The position numbers and the translations under genes are program-made. A stretch of DNA of 55,931 nucleotides from a virus (taxonomy: Duplodnaviria; Caudoviricetes), in the IMG/VR virus record IMGVR_UViG_3300016476_000183, positions 1-55,931 of that record; one strand, written 5' to 3'. Under the pieces are notes generated by a model. The model saw nothing but the letters and a program-made list of their open reading frames with translations, had not been told where the DNA came from and searched no databases. Below are positions 55,590 to 55,931 of the stretch, piece after piece. How positions within the stretch are numbered: the first letter of the stretch is position 1; every line of letters begins with the position of its first letter.

Positions 55590-55773
55590 CACCCAACTCC
55601 TTCAACGCTGCCACCGGATATATCTGCACCGAGCCACGCTCGGTTTCGCTCTCTACGGCATAGCCTTCAGCGGTCAGGCTGGTGGAGTAGAAGCCAACGA
55701 CCTTGCCGGTCCATTGGCTACCTTTGGTCTTGGTTACACGGGTGCCTAGCGGCCAACGGAAATTGTCAAACAT
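55576..55773 (-). CDS. dfrB: type II (R67-like) dihydrofolate reductase homolog
   Basis: [48 protein letters not shown] aligns with the R67 core including VQIY. Confidence 0.88.
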   Translation of the reverse strand: MFDNFRWPLGTRVTKTKGSQWTGKVVGFYSTSLTAEGYAVESETERGSVQIYPVAALKELGDVAG

Positions 55774-55931
55774 TGGTGGCTTCCTTGTATTGGCGCAGGG
55801 CTTCCTTCACGCGCTTCCACGCAAACTCGAACCCGTCGATCCATTCGCTAGGTGCCTCGACGTTGGCGATGGCGCACATGGATAGTTCGACTTCGATTGC
55901 CCGTGCTACCTCGGCGCGGACTGCTTCACGG
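55766..55931 (-). CDS. hypothetical protein, start outside the window
   Basis: Open frame ...[17 protein letters not shown]...EATNV*. Confidence 0.45.
   Translation of the reverse strand, partial: REAVRAEVARAIEVELSMCAIANVEAPSEWIDGFEFAWKRVKEALRQYKEATNV

Noticed and set aside
55766..55931. Circular join of window end to start
   Set aside because: The partial ORFs at the two ends are not in frame when joined and no terminal overlap is seen, so completeness cannot be claimed

Overview
The window is a large, possibly near-complete genome segment of a tailed dsDNA phage with podovirus-like architecture: portal, two adaptors, nozzle, three ejection-type proteins, and no tape measure, tail tube, integrase or RNA polymerase that I can recognise. 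Spanins imply a Gram-negative host. Layout: (i) 1-10635, minus-strand early/accessory genes (DnaA-C HTH, VWA/metallopeptidase plus MoxR-like AAA+ ATPase, many small SH3-like proteins); (ii) about 10640-12600, mostly non-coding switch region with one solitary plus-strand gene; (iii) 12629-42610, plus-strand packaging, virion and lysis genes; (iv) 42722-55931, minus-strand replication and nucleotide genes (primase/DUF927, tRNA-Thr, SNF2 helicase, spanins, nucleases, PolA, MazG, glutaredoxin, DfrB). Most notable: a palindrome ATTTAATC-G-GATTAAAT in 10 co-oriented copies, six directly in front of early-gene RBSs; a family of at least 7 small SH3-like paralogs; an R67/DfrB-type DHFR; a complete small gene nested in another frame of the 2201-aa virion gene; and a GPT-collagen fibre near a GT2-TPR glycosyltransferase. 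All family calls come from motif recognition by eye; no searches were run.
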